A DNA stretch of 64,000 bases, taken from the IMG/VR virus record IMGVR_UViG_3300025853_007458; one strand, given 5' to 3'. Under the pieces are notes generated by a model. That model made no database searches. It was not told the origin of the DNA and saw nothing but the letters and a program-made list of their open reading frames with translations. Below, piece by piece: positions 38,507 through 47,993 of the stretch (the first letter of the stretch is position 1; each line of letters opens with the position of its first letter). The stretch is from an uncultured virus (IMG/VR IMGVR_UViG_3300025853_007458) (Duplodnaviria > Heunggongvirae > Uroviricota > Caudoviricetes). A program made the translations under genes and the position numbers.

Positions 38507-39152
38507 TAGGTCTTACGTATCCTTTATATCCTAAATTGTATTCTTTTGATTGAGGTCTTAATGGGTCATCTTCTCCCATCCACCTTGACGAGTGTAACAC
38601 TATGAACATTAAACCCTCATCTATTGCCATTTGTTTCGCCTTTTCTAAATTGTGTTCATTGTAACTAAACACTATAAACTGCCAAGATGGCGTTTGTTTT
38701 AAGTGTTTCTTTGCTTCTAACATAACTTCATATAATTTTTTACCGTCTTGGTTAACACGATACATGTTACTTTCTTCAGGTAAACCATCTATTGCAAATA
38801 TCCATTTTGCTTTAGGGTGTGCCTTAAACGCTTGTACGTACCAACTTTTAGATTTGGCAGATGAGGCATTATGTACTGTAACTTGTATATCTTTATTATA
38901 CAGGTACTCTAATATCTCAACAAACTTTGGATGATGTACAGGATCAGATAACTGACCACAAAAATTAAATGATGAAAAATAATCAGATAACTTTCTTATC
39001 TCGTCCATTGTAGCATCCCGACCATAAACTTTTCTGCCTTCAAGTGTAAAGTTAGTTTGTCTTTGACATCTCATACACTCTAAAGGACACCTATTGCTTA
39101 TGTCAATATTTATTCCTTTCTTTGATCTTCTATAAAATGCTATATCACTCAT
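38496..39152 (-). CDS. Radical SAM protein (core only; paralogue of 4654..5412)
   Basis: 'CPLECMRC', 'FCGQLSDP', 'FAIDG', 'WQFIVFSYNEH'. Confidence 0.9.
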   Translation of the reverse strand: MSDIAFYRRSKKGINIDISNRCPLECMRCQRQTNFTLEGRKVYGRDATMDEIRKLSDYFSSFNFCGQLSDPVHHPKFVEILEYLYNKDIQVTVHNASSAKSKSWYVQAFKAHPKAKWIFAIDGLPEESNMYRVNQDGKKLYEVMLEAKKHLKQTPSWQFIVFSYNEHNLEKAKQMAIDEGLMFIVLHSSRWMGEDDPLRPQSKEYNLGYKGYVRPNVR

Positions 39153-40012
39153 CTTAAATGTTTTAGTAAATTTTCTATTTTATCTTTTTGTTCAGTTAAA
39201 CATTTTGCAGGTCTTTTCCAATATACAGGTCCACCATCTTTAATAGATTTATCTCTTAAATAAATCACTTCTTTTCCTAACCATTTACATTCTTGTATAA
39301 TTCTAGGTGCAGGATCAAAGTTAGGTTTAGTGTAAACATAAGTGTCAAATAAACCTAATAGATTTTTAACAGGTACGAATACATGATTATGTTTTTGACT
39401 TATGTACTTATCTTTGTATGCTATGATACCATGTGACGTATAATTTTTTATATGTTTTTCTACTTCTCTATAATATGTTTTATTTGTTCCTAAGAATAGA
39501 TATTTAAATTGTATGTTATCTTCTATAGGTTTGTATATACTAAAGTTTATTATTTTTTCAAATTGTTCGCCTACACCATTTACATATACCTCATGGTCGC
39601 ATAAGTCAATTACTTCTTTGGGTTCATAAAAATCTAGTGCGATAGGATATTCTTTAACATGGTTTTCTGAATATACAGATATAAGTTTATTACTAAACAA
39701 ACTGTGTAATGTTAATTTTTGTTCTTCAGTATAACTATTGTAATCAAGGTATGCAAGTGTTAACATACTTCTACCCATAATCAAAGTTACGTCATCTGAC
39801 CGTGGCATATAGTCATTAAACACTATGTTTTCAAACTTTGTATAACACTCATTTATTGCGTCAATGTAATCTTGTATTATGTGTTTTTTATTGGGTATAA
39901 CAATCAGTTTGGCACTTATACCTAGGTCGTTGAGAAAACAACAATGTTCATAACTGTAATGAAACAGACCATCACCTGGTTTACTTGTACATACTATATT
40001 TACATTTTTCAT
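39149..40012 (-). CDS. Hypothetical protein (possibly GT-B glycosyltransferase-like)
   Basis: First gene of the leftward operon. 'FDPAPRIIQECKWLGKEVI' weakly resembles the GT-B 'E.F..v.lEa...G.pVI' motif. Confidence 0.45.
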   Translation of the reverse strand: MKNVNIVCTSKPGDGLFHYSYEHCCFLNDLGISAKLIVIPNKKHIIQDYIDAINECYTKFENIVFNDYMPRSDDVTLIMGRSMLTLAYLDYNSYTEEQKLTLHSLFSNKLISVYSENHVKEYPIALDFYEPKEVIDLCDHEVYVNGVGEQFEKIINFSIYKPIEDNIQFKYLFLGTNKTYYREVEKHIKNYTSHGIIAYKDKYISQKHNHVFVPVKNLLGLFDTYVYTKPNFDPAPRIIQECKWLGKEVIYLRDKSIKDGGPVYWKRPAKCLTEQKDKIENLLKHLR

Positions 40013-40026
40013 AATATATTATAACA

Positions 40027-40042
40027 TATTTATGTATAAATA
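40027..40042. promoter_or_regulatory. Back-to-back divergent T4 late promoters
   Basis: TATTTATG|TATAAATA, i.e. CATAAATA on - and TATAAATA on +, between divergent operons. Confidence 0.72.
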
Positions 40043-40079
40043 TCAATAGAGGGTAGAGTAGAGAATTAAGGAATGAAGC

Positions 40080-41930
40080 TTGAAAAAGGTATATTTTACT
40101 CAAATAAACAATCTAATTGCTGACGCTATCTTTTTACCGTTAAGTGTTGCTTACATATGGGAATATTGTAAGACACAGGTAACAGATTGGGAATTAGGAG
40201 ACATCTTCTTTGAAAGAGAGTCCGTAGAGGACTATCTAAAAAAGATTGACAATCCTGACATCTTAGCATTATCAACATACGTGTGGAACTGGGACATAAC
40301 TTGTCAGTTAGCAAGAGCAGTCAAAAAGAAATATCCTAATTGCAAAATAGTAATGGGTGGACCACAAGTGCCATTCAAACAAAGTTGGTTAGAAGACAAT
40401 ACTGACCTATGCGATATTATAGTTACATATGCAGGTGAAAGAGCATTTGCTGAAATACTAAAAGGTAACTATACGTACCCAGGCGTAATGACAAAAGACT
40501 CTTATACGCCACCTAAACCAGATAAAGAATTAAACGACATACCAAGTCCTTATTTAAGTGGGTTGATGGATAGTCTTATGCAACCTGGTAAACAATATAG
40601 TGCTATCATAGAAACTAATAGAGGTTGTCCATATAGTTGTTCTTTCTGCGATCAACAAGATTTATATTACAATAAGATTGCCATGTTTGATTATGATAGA
40701 GTAATAGGTGAGATAGATTGGATTGTAAAAAATAAAATTGACTTCTTATACTTTGGTGATAGTAATGTAGGTATGTTCAATAGAGATGTTGACTTTATAA
40801 GACACATCGCTAAACGTAGAAATGAAACTGGTTATCCTAGACAGATAGATTATAGTACAGCAAAACAACAACCAAAACGTATTGTTGAGTTGGGTGAAAT
40901 ACTTAATAAAGAAGCAAAGATAAGACGTGGTGTTACTATTGCTTTACAAAGTATGAATCCTAAAACATTAAAAGCAATCAAAAGAATTAATCTTGCAAAT
41001 GAAAAATTAGAACAAATTGTTGGCGACTATAATAAAGCAGGTGTTGATAATTATTGTGAACTAATTGTAGGTTTACCTGAAGAAACATTAGACACATGGA
41101 TTGAAGGTATAGGTAAGATACTAGAATTAGGAAGTGACCATGCGTTAACAGTACACCCTTTGAGTATTGTACCTAATACTCCTTTTTCTGATCCTGAATA
41201 TAAAAACAAATACGGATACAAATATACAAAGACAGCTGCACCTGCAGGTGGTAATACTTATCCTAAAGATAGTAATGGTGAGATTGATTATGTTGCATAT
41301 GAAAGTAAAAGTTTTAGTAAACAAGATTATATAGACATGTATTTTTTCGCTAAAGGTCTTGTGATACCTCATCACTATCATGGTGTTAGTCAAGTTGCAG
41401 CCACATATCTTAACCGAGAACACAATGTACCATTTATAGATTTTTATAAAAAACTATTTGAGTATAGTAGAAATGGTAATGGCATACTAAATGAAGAATA
41501 TAAAAATCACACAAACAGTTTGAAACAAAGTTTATTTGAAGATAAGACATGGGGTAGAACTATTGAAGGTGGCGATGATTTTCATATACAAGATAATGGT
41601 GCAACAGCTTCTTTCTTATATAAAAACATAGACAAGGTACATAAAGAAGTTATAGACATATGTAAGAAAGAATATAATGTAGATGTATCAGAAGCGTGCC
41701 AGTTTAACAAGCACATTATTGACACATACGAAAGAGATGATACAGAAAAACAATTTGATAAGAATTGGTATAGTTGGTTCTACGATAACAAACCATTAGT
41801 CGCTGTTAATAATATCGTATCTGTAGCCGTTTATAAATATAAAGATATAGTAGACCACTCAAAGCATTTATTCTGGTGGGGAAGAAAAGCCAAGAGATGT
41901 TTTTTGAAATCAAAGGAGATTATGTTATGA
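40080..41930 (+). CDS. Cobalamin-dependent radical SAM protein
   Basis: N-terminal B12-binding domain ('LPLSVAYI', 'STYVWN', 'VMGGP', 'GERAF') and 'ETNRGCPYSCSFC'. TTG start with AAGGA RBS. Confidence 0.9.
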   Translation: MKKVYFTQINNLIADAIFLPLSVAYIWEYCKTQVTDWELGDIFFERESVEDYLKKIDNPDILALSTYVWNWDITCQLARAVKKKYPNCKIVMGGPQVPFKQSWLEDNTDLCDIIVTYAGERAFAEILKGNYTYPGVMTKDSYTPPKPDKELNDIPSPYLSGLMDSLMQPGKQYSAIIETNRGCPYSCSFCDQQDLYYNKIAMFDYDRVIGEIDWIVKNKIDFLYFGDSNVGMFNRDVDFIRHIAKRRNETGYPRQIDYSTAKQQPKRIVELGEILNKEAKIRRGVTIALQSMNPKTLKAIKRINLANEKLEQIVGDYNKAGVDNYCELIVGLPEETLDTWIEGIGKILELGSDHALTVHPLSIVPNTPFSDPEYKNKYGYKYTKTAAPAGGNTYPKDSNGEIDYVAYESKSFSKQDYIDMYFFAKGLVIPHHYHGVSQVAATYLNREHNVPFIDFYKKLFEYSRNGNGILNEEYKNHTNSLKQSLFEDKTWGRTIEGGDDFHIQDNGATASFLYKNIDKVHKEVIDICKKEYNVDVSEACQFNKHIIDTYERDDTEKQFDKNWYSWFYDNKPLVAVNNIVSVAVYKYKDIVDHSKHLFWWGRKAKRCFLKSKEIML

Positions 41931-42511
41931 TAAGAGTTGGCGATATAATACCAGATATAAAAACTATGCACAAAGATAGTGCAGCCACAAACTGGTATTC
42001 TACACACGAATTATTTAAAGATAAAAAGATATTACTAATAGGATTGCCTGGCGTATTTCTTGTTGAGTATGCAGCCACACATTTAAAAGCATACGACTTC
42101 TATTACAGCAAGATAAGAGAACTAGGTATTGATGAAGTATATTTTACAAGTGTTGATAATTGTTACGTACAAAACGCATATCACAAATCAGAAAATTTAT
42201 CGTACCTAAAAAACTTACCTGACCCTAATGGTGATTGGGCCACATCTATAGGTATGTTAGAGAGTATGAGTAAAGAAGGATTAGGAAATTGTAGTCATAG
42301 ATACGCTATGATTATAGACAATCTAATTATGAAACATTGTAAGTATGAAGACTTTACACACAACCCTATGACGTGTTTTCAAGTATCAGACGCTGATACA
42401 ATGATTAAGTATTTAGAAATTATACAAACAAATTATGAAAGGTTTAATGATGACGCCAGAGATAAGGTTGACGTCCTTGGAAGAAACAAGATCAGCACCG
42501 TATTGTCGTGA
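41927..42511 (+). CDS. Peroxiredoxin-5 (redoxin)-like protein lacking the peroxidatic Cys
   Basis: 'IRVGDIIP', 'ELFKDKKILLIGLPG', 'GIDEVY..SVD', 'LPDPNG', 'GLG..SHRYAMII'. The canonical PGAFTPxC is replaced by PGVFLVEY. Confidence 0.8.
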   Translation: MIRVGDIIPDIKTMHKDSAATNWYSTHELFKDKKILLIGLPGVFLVEYAATHLKAYDFYYSKIRELGIDEVYFTSVDNCYVQNAYHKSENLSYLKNLPDPNGDWATSIGMLESMSKEGLGNCSHRYAMIIDNLIMKHCKYEDFTHNPMTCFQVSDADTMIKYLEIIQTNYERFNDDARDKVDVLGRNKISTVLS

Positions 42512-43091
42512 GCTAAAAACTCTTTGGTACGATAGAGAATATCTATTAAATCATTTAGAGAATATAGACGAAAACAATTGGTATCTGTTTGATTGTGGTC
42601 ATATAAGATGGACTGTACAAGAGGCATTTAATGCTAGACGAGAATGTAAAAACTATCCTTTTAGTGAGTTTCATTATGAGTTGATAAATCTTTTTACACC
42701 TGCAATATCTTTTGATACTGTATTGTACACACAAACAGCAATAGGTGGTGCACCACCACACCAAGATAGAAACAGACCTACTGCTTTAAACTTTGCAATA
42801 CGAGGTGAGTTTAGTGATACAAGTCCACAAGTTTTCTATGATAGTTTTGATAGAAGTACAGAAAAGTATAGAATGACATATGAGAAAAATGATATTACAA
42901 ATGAATTTGCACCTTGGATATTTAAAGGTCCTGAAATACATGGTGTAGAAAACAAGACAGAAAAAAATAGAATTATTATAACTTGTGCTTGGCGACATAA
43001 TAGTTATGAAGATATAGAAAAAAGATTACTAGATGGTACGTTAGTAAACTGGGAACAGAATGAAAAAAACAAAAGGATAAAATTTATATGA
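42435..43091 (+). CDS. 2OG-Fe(II) oxygenase-like protein
   Basis: HxD 'PPHQD', distal 'IHGVEN', 'NRII'. Start codon uncertain. Confidence 0.72.
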   Translation: MKGLMMTPEIRLTSLEETRSAPYCRELKTLWYDREYLLNHLENIDENNWYLFDCGHIRWTVQEAFNARRECKNYPFSEFHYELINLFTPAISFDTVLYTQTAIGGAPPHQDRNRPTALNFAIRGEFSDTSPQVFYDSFDRSTEKYRMTYEKNDITNEFAPWIFKGPEIHGVENKTEKNRIIITCAWRHNSYEDIEKRLLDGTLVNWEQNEKNKRIKFI

Positions 43092-43741
43092 GCAGTGTAG
43101 ATAGAACAAACAAAGCGCTTCAAAGACTTTCTACTATGGGTGATTGGTTGCAAATGAAACAACACATTAATACTAGACAGATAATGAAAGACCTTGAGCC
43201 ATACAAAGACTCATGGAAACCTTACAATTTAAGAAACCCAAATAACAGGTGGGGATTAAGTGTAACAAGTTTAGATGGCAAGTTAAGTGGTATACCTGAT
43301 TTAGATAGTTTACTACAATACAATAAGATACATGGTACTAGTATTACAAATCATCACATAAAAGAATACACCGAAGTATATGATAACTCAAAAGAATTAC
43401 AGAAACTCATTGAACCATGGAAACCTTGGTTAGGGAGATGTCACTTTCTAAAACTAAACACAGGTGGTTATTTTCCTGAACACTATGATGTAAACAAATT
43501 AGAATATGGTTATGATGAAATAAGATTTATTGCTTTCATTAACAGGTGTGATAAAAAAGATTTAAAGTTTATATACGAGGATACAGTTAGAGATGTTAAA
43601 GATGGCCAGATGTTTTTCTTTAACGCAAACAAAAGACATTCAGTTTTTAGTACATCGGACGATATTATTATGTTAGTATTTTGTATGAAGTTTGATGAAC
43701 ATTTATTTGAAAGATTAATAGAACAATATAGGTATGCGTAA
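43088..43741 (+). CDS. 2OG-Fe(II) oxygenase (Asp/Asn beta-hydroxylase-like)
   Basis: 'LNTGGYFPEHYD', 'GQMFFFNANKRHSVF'. Confidence 0.78.
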   Translation: MSSVDRTNKALQRLSTMGDWLQMKQHINTRQIMKDLEPYKDSWKPYNLRNPNNRWGLSVTSLDGKLSGIPDLDSLLQYNKIHGTSITNHHIKEYTEVYDNSKELQKLIEPWKPWLGRCHFLKLNTGGYFPEHYDVNKLEYGYDEIRFIAFINRCDKKDLKFIYEDTVRDVKDGQMFFFNANKRHSVFSTSDDIIMLVFCMKFDEHLFERLIEQYRYA

Positions 43742-44274
43742 TGTGGTATCATAAAAAATTTAAATTACAATACGATAAAAACGTTTTCAATGAGATAATT
43801 GAATATGCTGAAAGAGCAACATGGAGACAAGGGTACGATCAAAATGGTTTACTTTGGAATGTTGAAGAACTACCTTTAAACCCTAAACAGTTTCCTATAC
43901 TAAATGAATTGTATGAAGGTCTAAATACAGAATTTAAAAGACCATCATTTTTTATTAGTAATGTGAAACCTGGTGGGTTAGTAAACCATATTGACCACAA
44001 CAAATGGGGCAATCTAGGTATACCTTTGAAAGGTGATTTTGAAAATACACCTCAATACTTTTACGATCAATTCAATCATCCAGTAGAGTCATTCGTAGTT
44101 GATAGTCCTGTTATATTCAATACACGTATGTTACACGCTGTACCTAGACAGTTAACTGATACAGGACCTAGATGGGTATTGATGATGGATTTATTTGAGT
44201 GGGTTGATAAATTGTTTGCAAAGATTGACAACAAAACTATATGGACAGACACAAAGAATTTCAAAAATGCGTAA
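43741..44274 (+). CDS. 2OG-Fe(II) oxygenase-like protein
   Basis: 'PGGLVNHID', 'FNTRMLHAV', 'PRW'. Confidence 0.75.
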   Translation: MWYHKKFKLQYDKNVFNEIIEYAERATWRQGYDQNGLLWNVEELPLNPKQFPILNELYEGLNTEFKRPSFFISNVKPGGLVNHIDHNKWGNLGIPLKGDFENTPQYFYDQFNHPVESFVVDSPVIFNTRMLHAVPRQLTDTGPRWVLMMDLFEWVDKLFAKIDNKTIWTDTKNFKNA

Positions 44275-45931
44275 CTTCTATTTTCTACAGATACCTTTAG
44301 GTACAGACGCAGCCTATCTGCCACAAGCAGTAGGTACGATCTGGTCTTATTGTAATCAGTTTGAAGAAGTACGAAAGAAATATAAACTTGCAGGTGTATG
44401 GTGGAACAAAGAGATTGATATAGTTGAACCTGATTTTATAGCTGCAAGTTGTTATATGTGGAACTGGAAAATAACATATGACGCATTGAAAGAAATAAAA
44501 AAGAAGTATCCTAAATGTAGAATAGTTGTAGGTGGACCTGAACCACAATATACATCAGAATGGTGTAAAAAACATCCTGAAATAGACGCTGTGTTAGCAT
44601 ACTATGGTGAAGAAACAATGAGAAGATTACTAGTAGATGATGAACTTAACATACCAGGTGTTGTTACAAAAGACTTTAACAATGCAGCCGAGGCAGAATA
44701 TGCCGACCCTAAAATGATACCTAGTCCTTATCTTAATGGTTTCTTTGATAGTTTACTAGAAGGCAACACACAAAAAGTCAGAGCAATCTTTGAAGGCAAT
44801 AGAGGTTGTCCTTATACTTGTTCTTTCTGTGACATAGGCCATAAGAAATATACAAAGATACAAATGTTTGAAACAGAAAAATGTTTAAAAGAACTAAAAT
44901 GGATGTGTGATAGAAATGTAACTGCTATAGATGTAGCAGATAGTAACTTTGGTATATTTCCTAGAGATGAAAAACTTGTAGATTTTGTAGTAGAACAAAA
45001 GAAGGCAGGTAAATTCAATGGTAGATTTATGCCTACGTGGGCTAAGACACATGGTGAAAAGATAATGAAGTTAGCAAAGAAATTGCAAGACGCAAATGTA
45101 GATGACACTTTTGGTTTTAGTTTACAATCTACAAATCCTGAAACTTTAGATAATGTCAATAGAAGAAATGCGTTTGATATTAAGAGTTTCAAACCTATCA
45201 TAAAGAATTTAAAAGACAAAGGTGTTTCATCATATACAGAATTAATCTTTCCTTTGCCTGGTGATAGTTTAGAAACATTTAAGTATGGTCTACACGAAAT
45301 AGTTGACATGCCTGCACCATTTGATATGATACAGATTAATACTTTAAGTAGATTAAGTAATACAGAATTTAACACAGGTTTTCCTGAAATGATATGGCAA
45401 AATATTAAAGGTACTGCAAAGCCATATAACAATGATGTAATAGATGAGATTGCTGTTGCAACAGATAAGATGACAAGAGATCAAGTCTTTGAAGGTTTCT
45501 TTTATAGTAGAAGTTTCTTAATACCAATGTACTGGTATGGTCTAGCAAAGTATCATGCTGATTGTTATTATGAAATTAATGGTAATAGAAGTGAATTATT
45601 TAAAGACATATATTCAAAACTATTTAAAAACAAAACATTTATGAAACACAAACTAGATGTTAGAGAACATTATTTTAAAGCACTTAATGAGTACAAAGAC
45701 ATTGGATATAAGATACTTAATAAAGATATAAATTATTATACAGATACAGCTTATTCTCACTTGTTCTATACCGAGAATAATATATTTGATGTGTTCAAAG
45801 AAATGTATCCAGAATATGATGAGATTATTGATCGCAACAAAAAAGATTTCAGACCTATTGACGATAAGATGGAATGGCTCAGAGATATACACGTTAGAGG
45901 TAGATTTAGTGAGTCTTGGAGAATAAAATGA
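44267..45931 (+). CDS. Cobalamin-dependent radical SAM protein (paralogue of 40080..41930)
   Basis: 'YLPQAVGTIWSYC', 'SCYMWN', 'VVGGP', 'EGNRGCPYTCSFC', 'DSNFG'. Start reassigned to ATG 44267. Confidence 0.9.
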   Translation: MRNFYFLQIPLGTDAAYLPQAVGTIWSYCNQFEEVRKKYKLAGVWWNKEIDIVEPDFIAASCYMWNWKITYDALKEIKKKYPKCRIVVGGPEPQYTSEWCKKHPEIDAVLAYYGEETMRRLLVDDELNIPGVVTKDFNNAAEAEYADPKMIPSPYLNGFFDSLLEGNTQKVRAIFEGNRGCPYTCSFCDIGHKKYTKIQMFETEKCLKELKWMCDRNVTAIDVADSNFGIFPRDEKLVDFVVEQKKAGKFNGRFMPTWAKTHGEKIMKLAKKLQDANVDDTFGFSLQSTNPETLDNVNRRNAFDIKSFKPIIKNLKDKGVSSYTELIFPLPGDSLETFKYGLHEIVDMPAPFDMIQINTLSRLSNTEFNTGFPEMIWQNIKGTAKPYNNDVIDEIAVATDKMTRDQVFEGFFYSRSFLIPMYWYGLAKYHADCYYEINGNRSELFKDIYSKLFKNKTFMKHKLDVREHYFKALNEYKDIGYKILNKDINYYTDTAYSHLFYTENNIFDVFKEMYPEYDEIIDRNKKDFRPIDDKMEWLRDIHVRGRFSESWRIK

Positions 45932-46833
45932 TAAACAAATTAATATGGAATAAAGTAGAAGAATTATTTTACTGGAACATATCAGTAGATAGCCCTATCA
46001 ATCAATTACCTTTTACAATGGATTTTATTCTTGCTTGTCAAAAAGAATTTTCTATGACAGTAAGAGATAAAGAATACCCTATACATCTAGGTGGTATAAT
46101 GGATTGGCACGATAAAACAATGGGCGATTTCGTAAAAGAAATAGATAAACAATATCAAAGTAATTACTTTGTAGCAGAAAATGGCACAAGTACAACAGGT
46201 GTCGTAGGTGAAATAAAAGATGTAAACGATAAACCTATTACAAACAAATGGAATATAAGAGGTGAAGCTCTTGTTAAAAGATTACAAGCAATGCAAAAAG
46301 AAAGACCTAATTTAACAATATTAGATATGGGTTGTGGTGTAAATGAATATAAGAAACATTTAAATAATGTTACAGGCGTTGATCCATATAGAAAAGAAGC
46401 AGACATAATCTGTAGTCAAGCAGATTTTAAACCTGCTGATGATATAAAATGGGATGTAATTATATGTTTTGGTCCTCAAAACTGGTATACGTATGATGAA
46501 CAATATAGAAACTTTATGACGTTAAAGAATTGTTTAGCACCTAGTGGTCTATTATTATGGTCACATGTTCATAATTACTATAAAGTATTTCAACCAGATC
46601 ACCCACATGGTCATACTTGGATACATGGCGATTTAGAACATGCACAAAAAAATAGTGCGTTTTATTTTTATGATAGAAACTGGAAGTACACATGGTACTT
46701 TAACTGGACTGAACATGCTGTAAATACACTTGCAGGTCATGTAGGTTTAAAAATAAACAAAGTTGATTACGACCATTGTAATTTATACAGACCACCTATG
46801 TACAGAATATTTACGGAGATGACACATGGTTGA
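45928..46833 (+). CDS. Class I SAM-dependent methyltransferase with extra N-terminal helical domain
   Basis: 'ILDMGCG', 'VTGVDP', 'WDVIICFG', 'LAPSG'. ATG 45928 overlaps the upstream stop. Confidence 0.82.
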   Translation: MINKLIWNKVEELFYWNISVDSPINQLPFTMDFILACQKEFSMTVRDKEYPIHLGGIMDWHDKTMGDFVKEIDKQYQSNYFVAENGTSTTGVVGEIKDVNDKPITNKWNIRGEALVKRLQAMQKERPNLTILDMGCGVNEYKKHLNNVTGVDPYRKEADIICSQADFKPADDIKWDVIICFGPQNWYTYDEQYRNFMTLKNCLAPSGLLLWSHVHNYYKVFQPDHPHGHTWIHGDLEHAQKNSAFYFYDRNWKYTWYFNWTEHAVNTLAGHVGLKINKVDYDHCNLYRPPMYRIFTEMTHG

Positions 46834-47434
46834 ACAAGGTAACTTCTTTGTCAAATGTCATAACATTTATTACAATCAACAATGGTTGATAGATGTATTA
46901 GATAGTTTGAAACCTAGTGATTGGGTAAACGGAGTTAGTAGAACAGGCGTAGCATGGAATGTTAGTGAGTGTAGAAATATACCATATGAGAATATGTGGA
47001 AAGATATTGTAGAGAATATGAATTTAGATCAAGTCGGTAGTACAGAAAGAACATTCCATGGTGAAAAACCATGGGCATTCTTTTCTAAATTACCACCAGG
47101 TGGTATAAATTTACACTACGACCACAGACGTTGGGGTGCAATATTATTTCCTGTAAGAGGTAAGTTTGAACTCACACCTCAAATATTTGCAACAGAAAAC
47201 TATACAGAAATAGAAAGATTTAATTTTGAAAAAAGTAAGATACATGATAATGGTACACCTGTATTTTTTGATAGCAGAGTTTTACATGCTGTACCTACAC
47301 CTTTAGATTTAGAGGAAGAAAGAGTTGTATTTTCTGTTAACATACACTCACATCCTACAGAAATGTTTAAGAAAGCTGTTGATGGTACATGGTTAAATAA
47401 GAATACAGAAAACATAGGTGTATCTAATGACTAA
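46826..47434 (+). CDS. 2OG-Fe(II) oxygenase-like protein
   Basis: 'PPGGINLHYD', 'FDSRVLHAV', 'ERVVF'. Confidence 0.75.
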   Translation: MVEQGNFFVKCHNIYYNQQWLIDVLDSLKPSDWVNGVSRTGVAWNVSECRNIPYENMWKDIVENMNLDQVGSTERTFHGEKPWAFFSKLPPGGINLHYDHRRWGAILFPVRGKFELTPQIFATENYTEIERFNFEKSKIHDNGTPVFFDSRVLHAVPTPLDLEEERVVFSVNIHSHPTEMFKKAVDGTWLNKNTENIGVSND

Positions 47435-47993
47435 TTTCTATTCTATACAAGCAGATAAAATGAAATTTAATTTAGATATGTTAGTTGATCTATACAAAAC
47501 AGTAGATCAAACAAAGTGGGTACATAGACAAGATAAGTTACCACAGTATTGGCCTATTGATGAAAACAGCACGTTTGATCGTAACCATGAATTTTACAGA
47601 CTACTAAAAGAAAACATAAATGCTGATATAGATGAAACGAGAGTATATTTCAGTAGAGTACATCCAGGTGGTATACCTAACCATTGGGATTTTGAAAATT
47701 TTACTAAACTACAATTTCCTGTTATATGTGATGAAGAAGATAACGATTGGTCAAAGTCGCCTGTTATCTTTATAGATCAATTTGACCAAGTTGTAGAAAG
47801 AGTAGAACATACGAATAATACGCCTATAATTTATAGTGCGAATTACATGCACGGAACAATCAAATCTTTAGATAATACAAACGATAGAATTACTTTTGTT
47901 GTTGATATTAAGTATTGGTTTGCCAGAGTTAGATCAAAATATAACAACGGTACTTTGTTTACAAACAACAAAGCGTTTTGGAGTATGGCATGA
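47427..47993 (+). CDS. 2OG-Fe(II) oxygenase-like protein
   Basis: 'PGGIPNHWD', 'YMHGT', 'DRITF'. Confidence 0.72.
   Translation: MTNFYSIQADKMKFNLDMLVDLYKTVDQTKWVHRQDKLPQYWPIDENSTFDRNHEFYRLLKENINADIDETRVYFSRVHPGGIPNHWDFENFTKLQFPVICDEEDNDWSKSPVIFIDQFDQVVERVEHTNNTPIIYSANYMHGTIKSLDNTNDRITFVVDIKYWFARVRSKYNNGTLFTNNKAFWSMA

Noticed and set aside
38132..39152. Frameshifted pseudogene of a single rSAM-SPASM protein
   Set aside because: Both ORFs have their own starts, and the paralogous pair at 4654-5732 is in the reverse order, so the split looks genuine.
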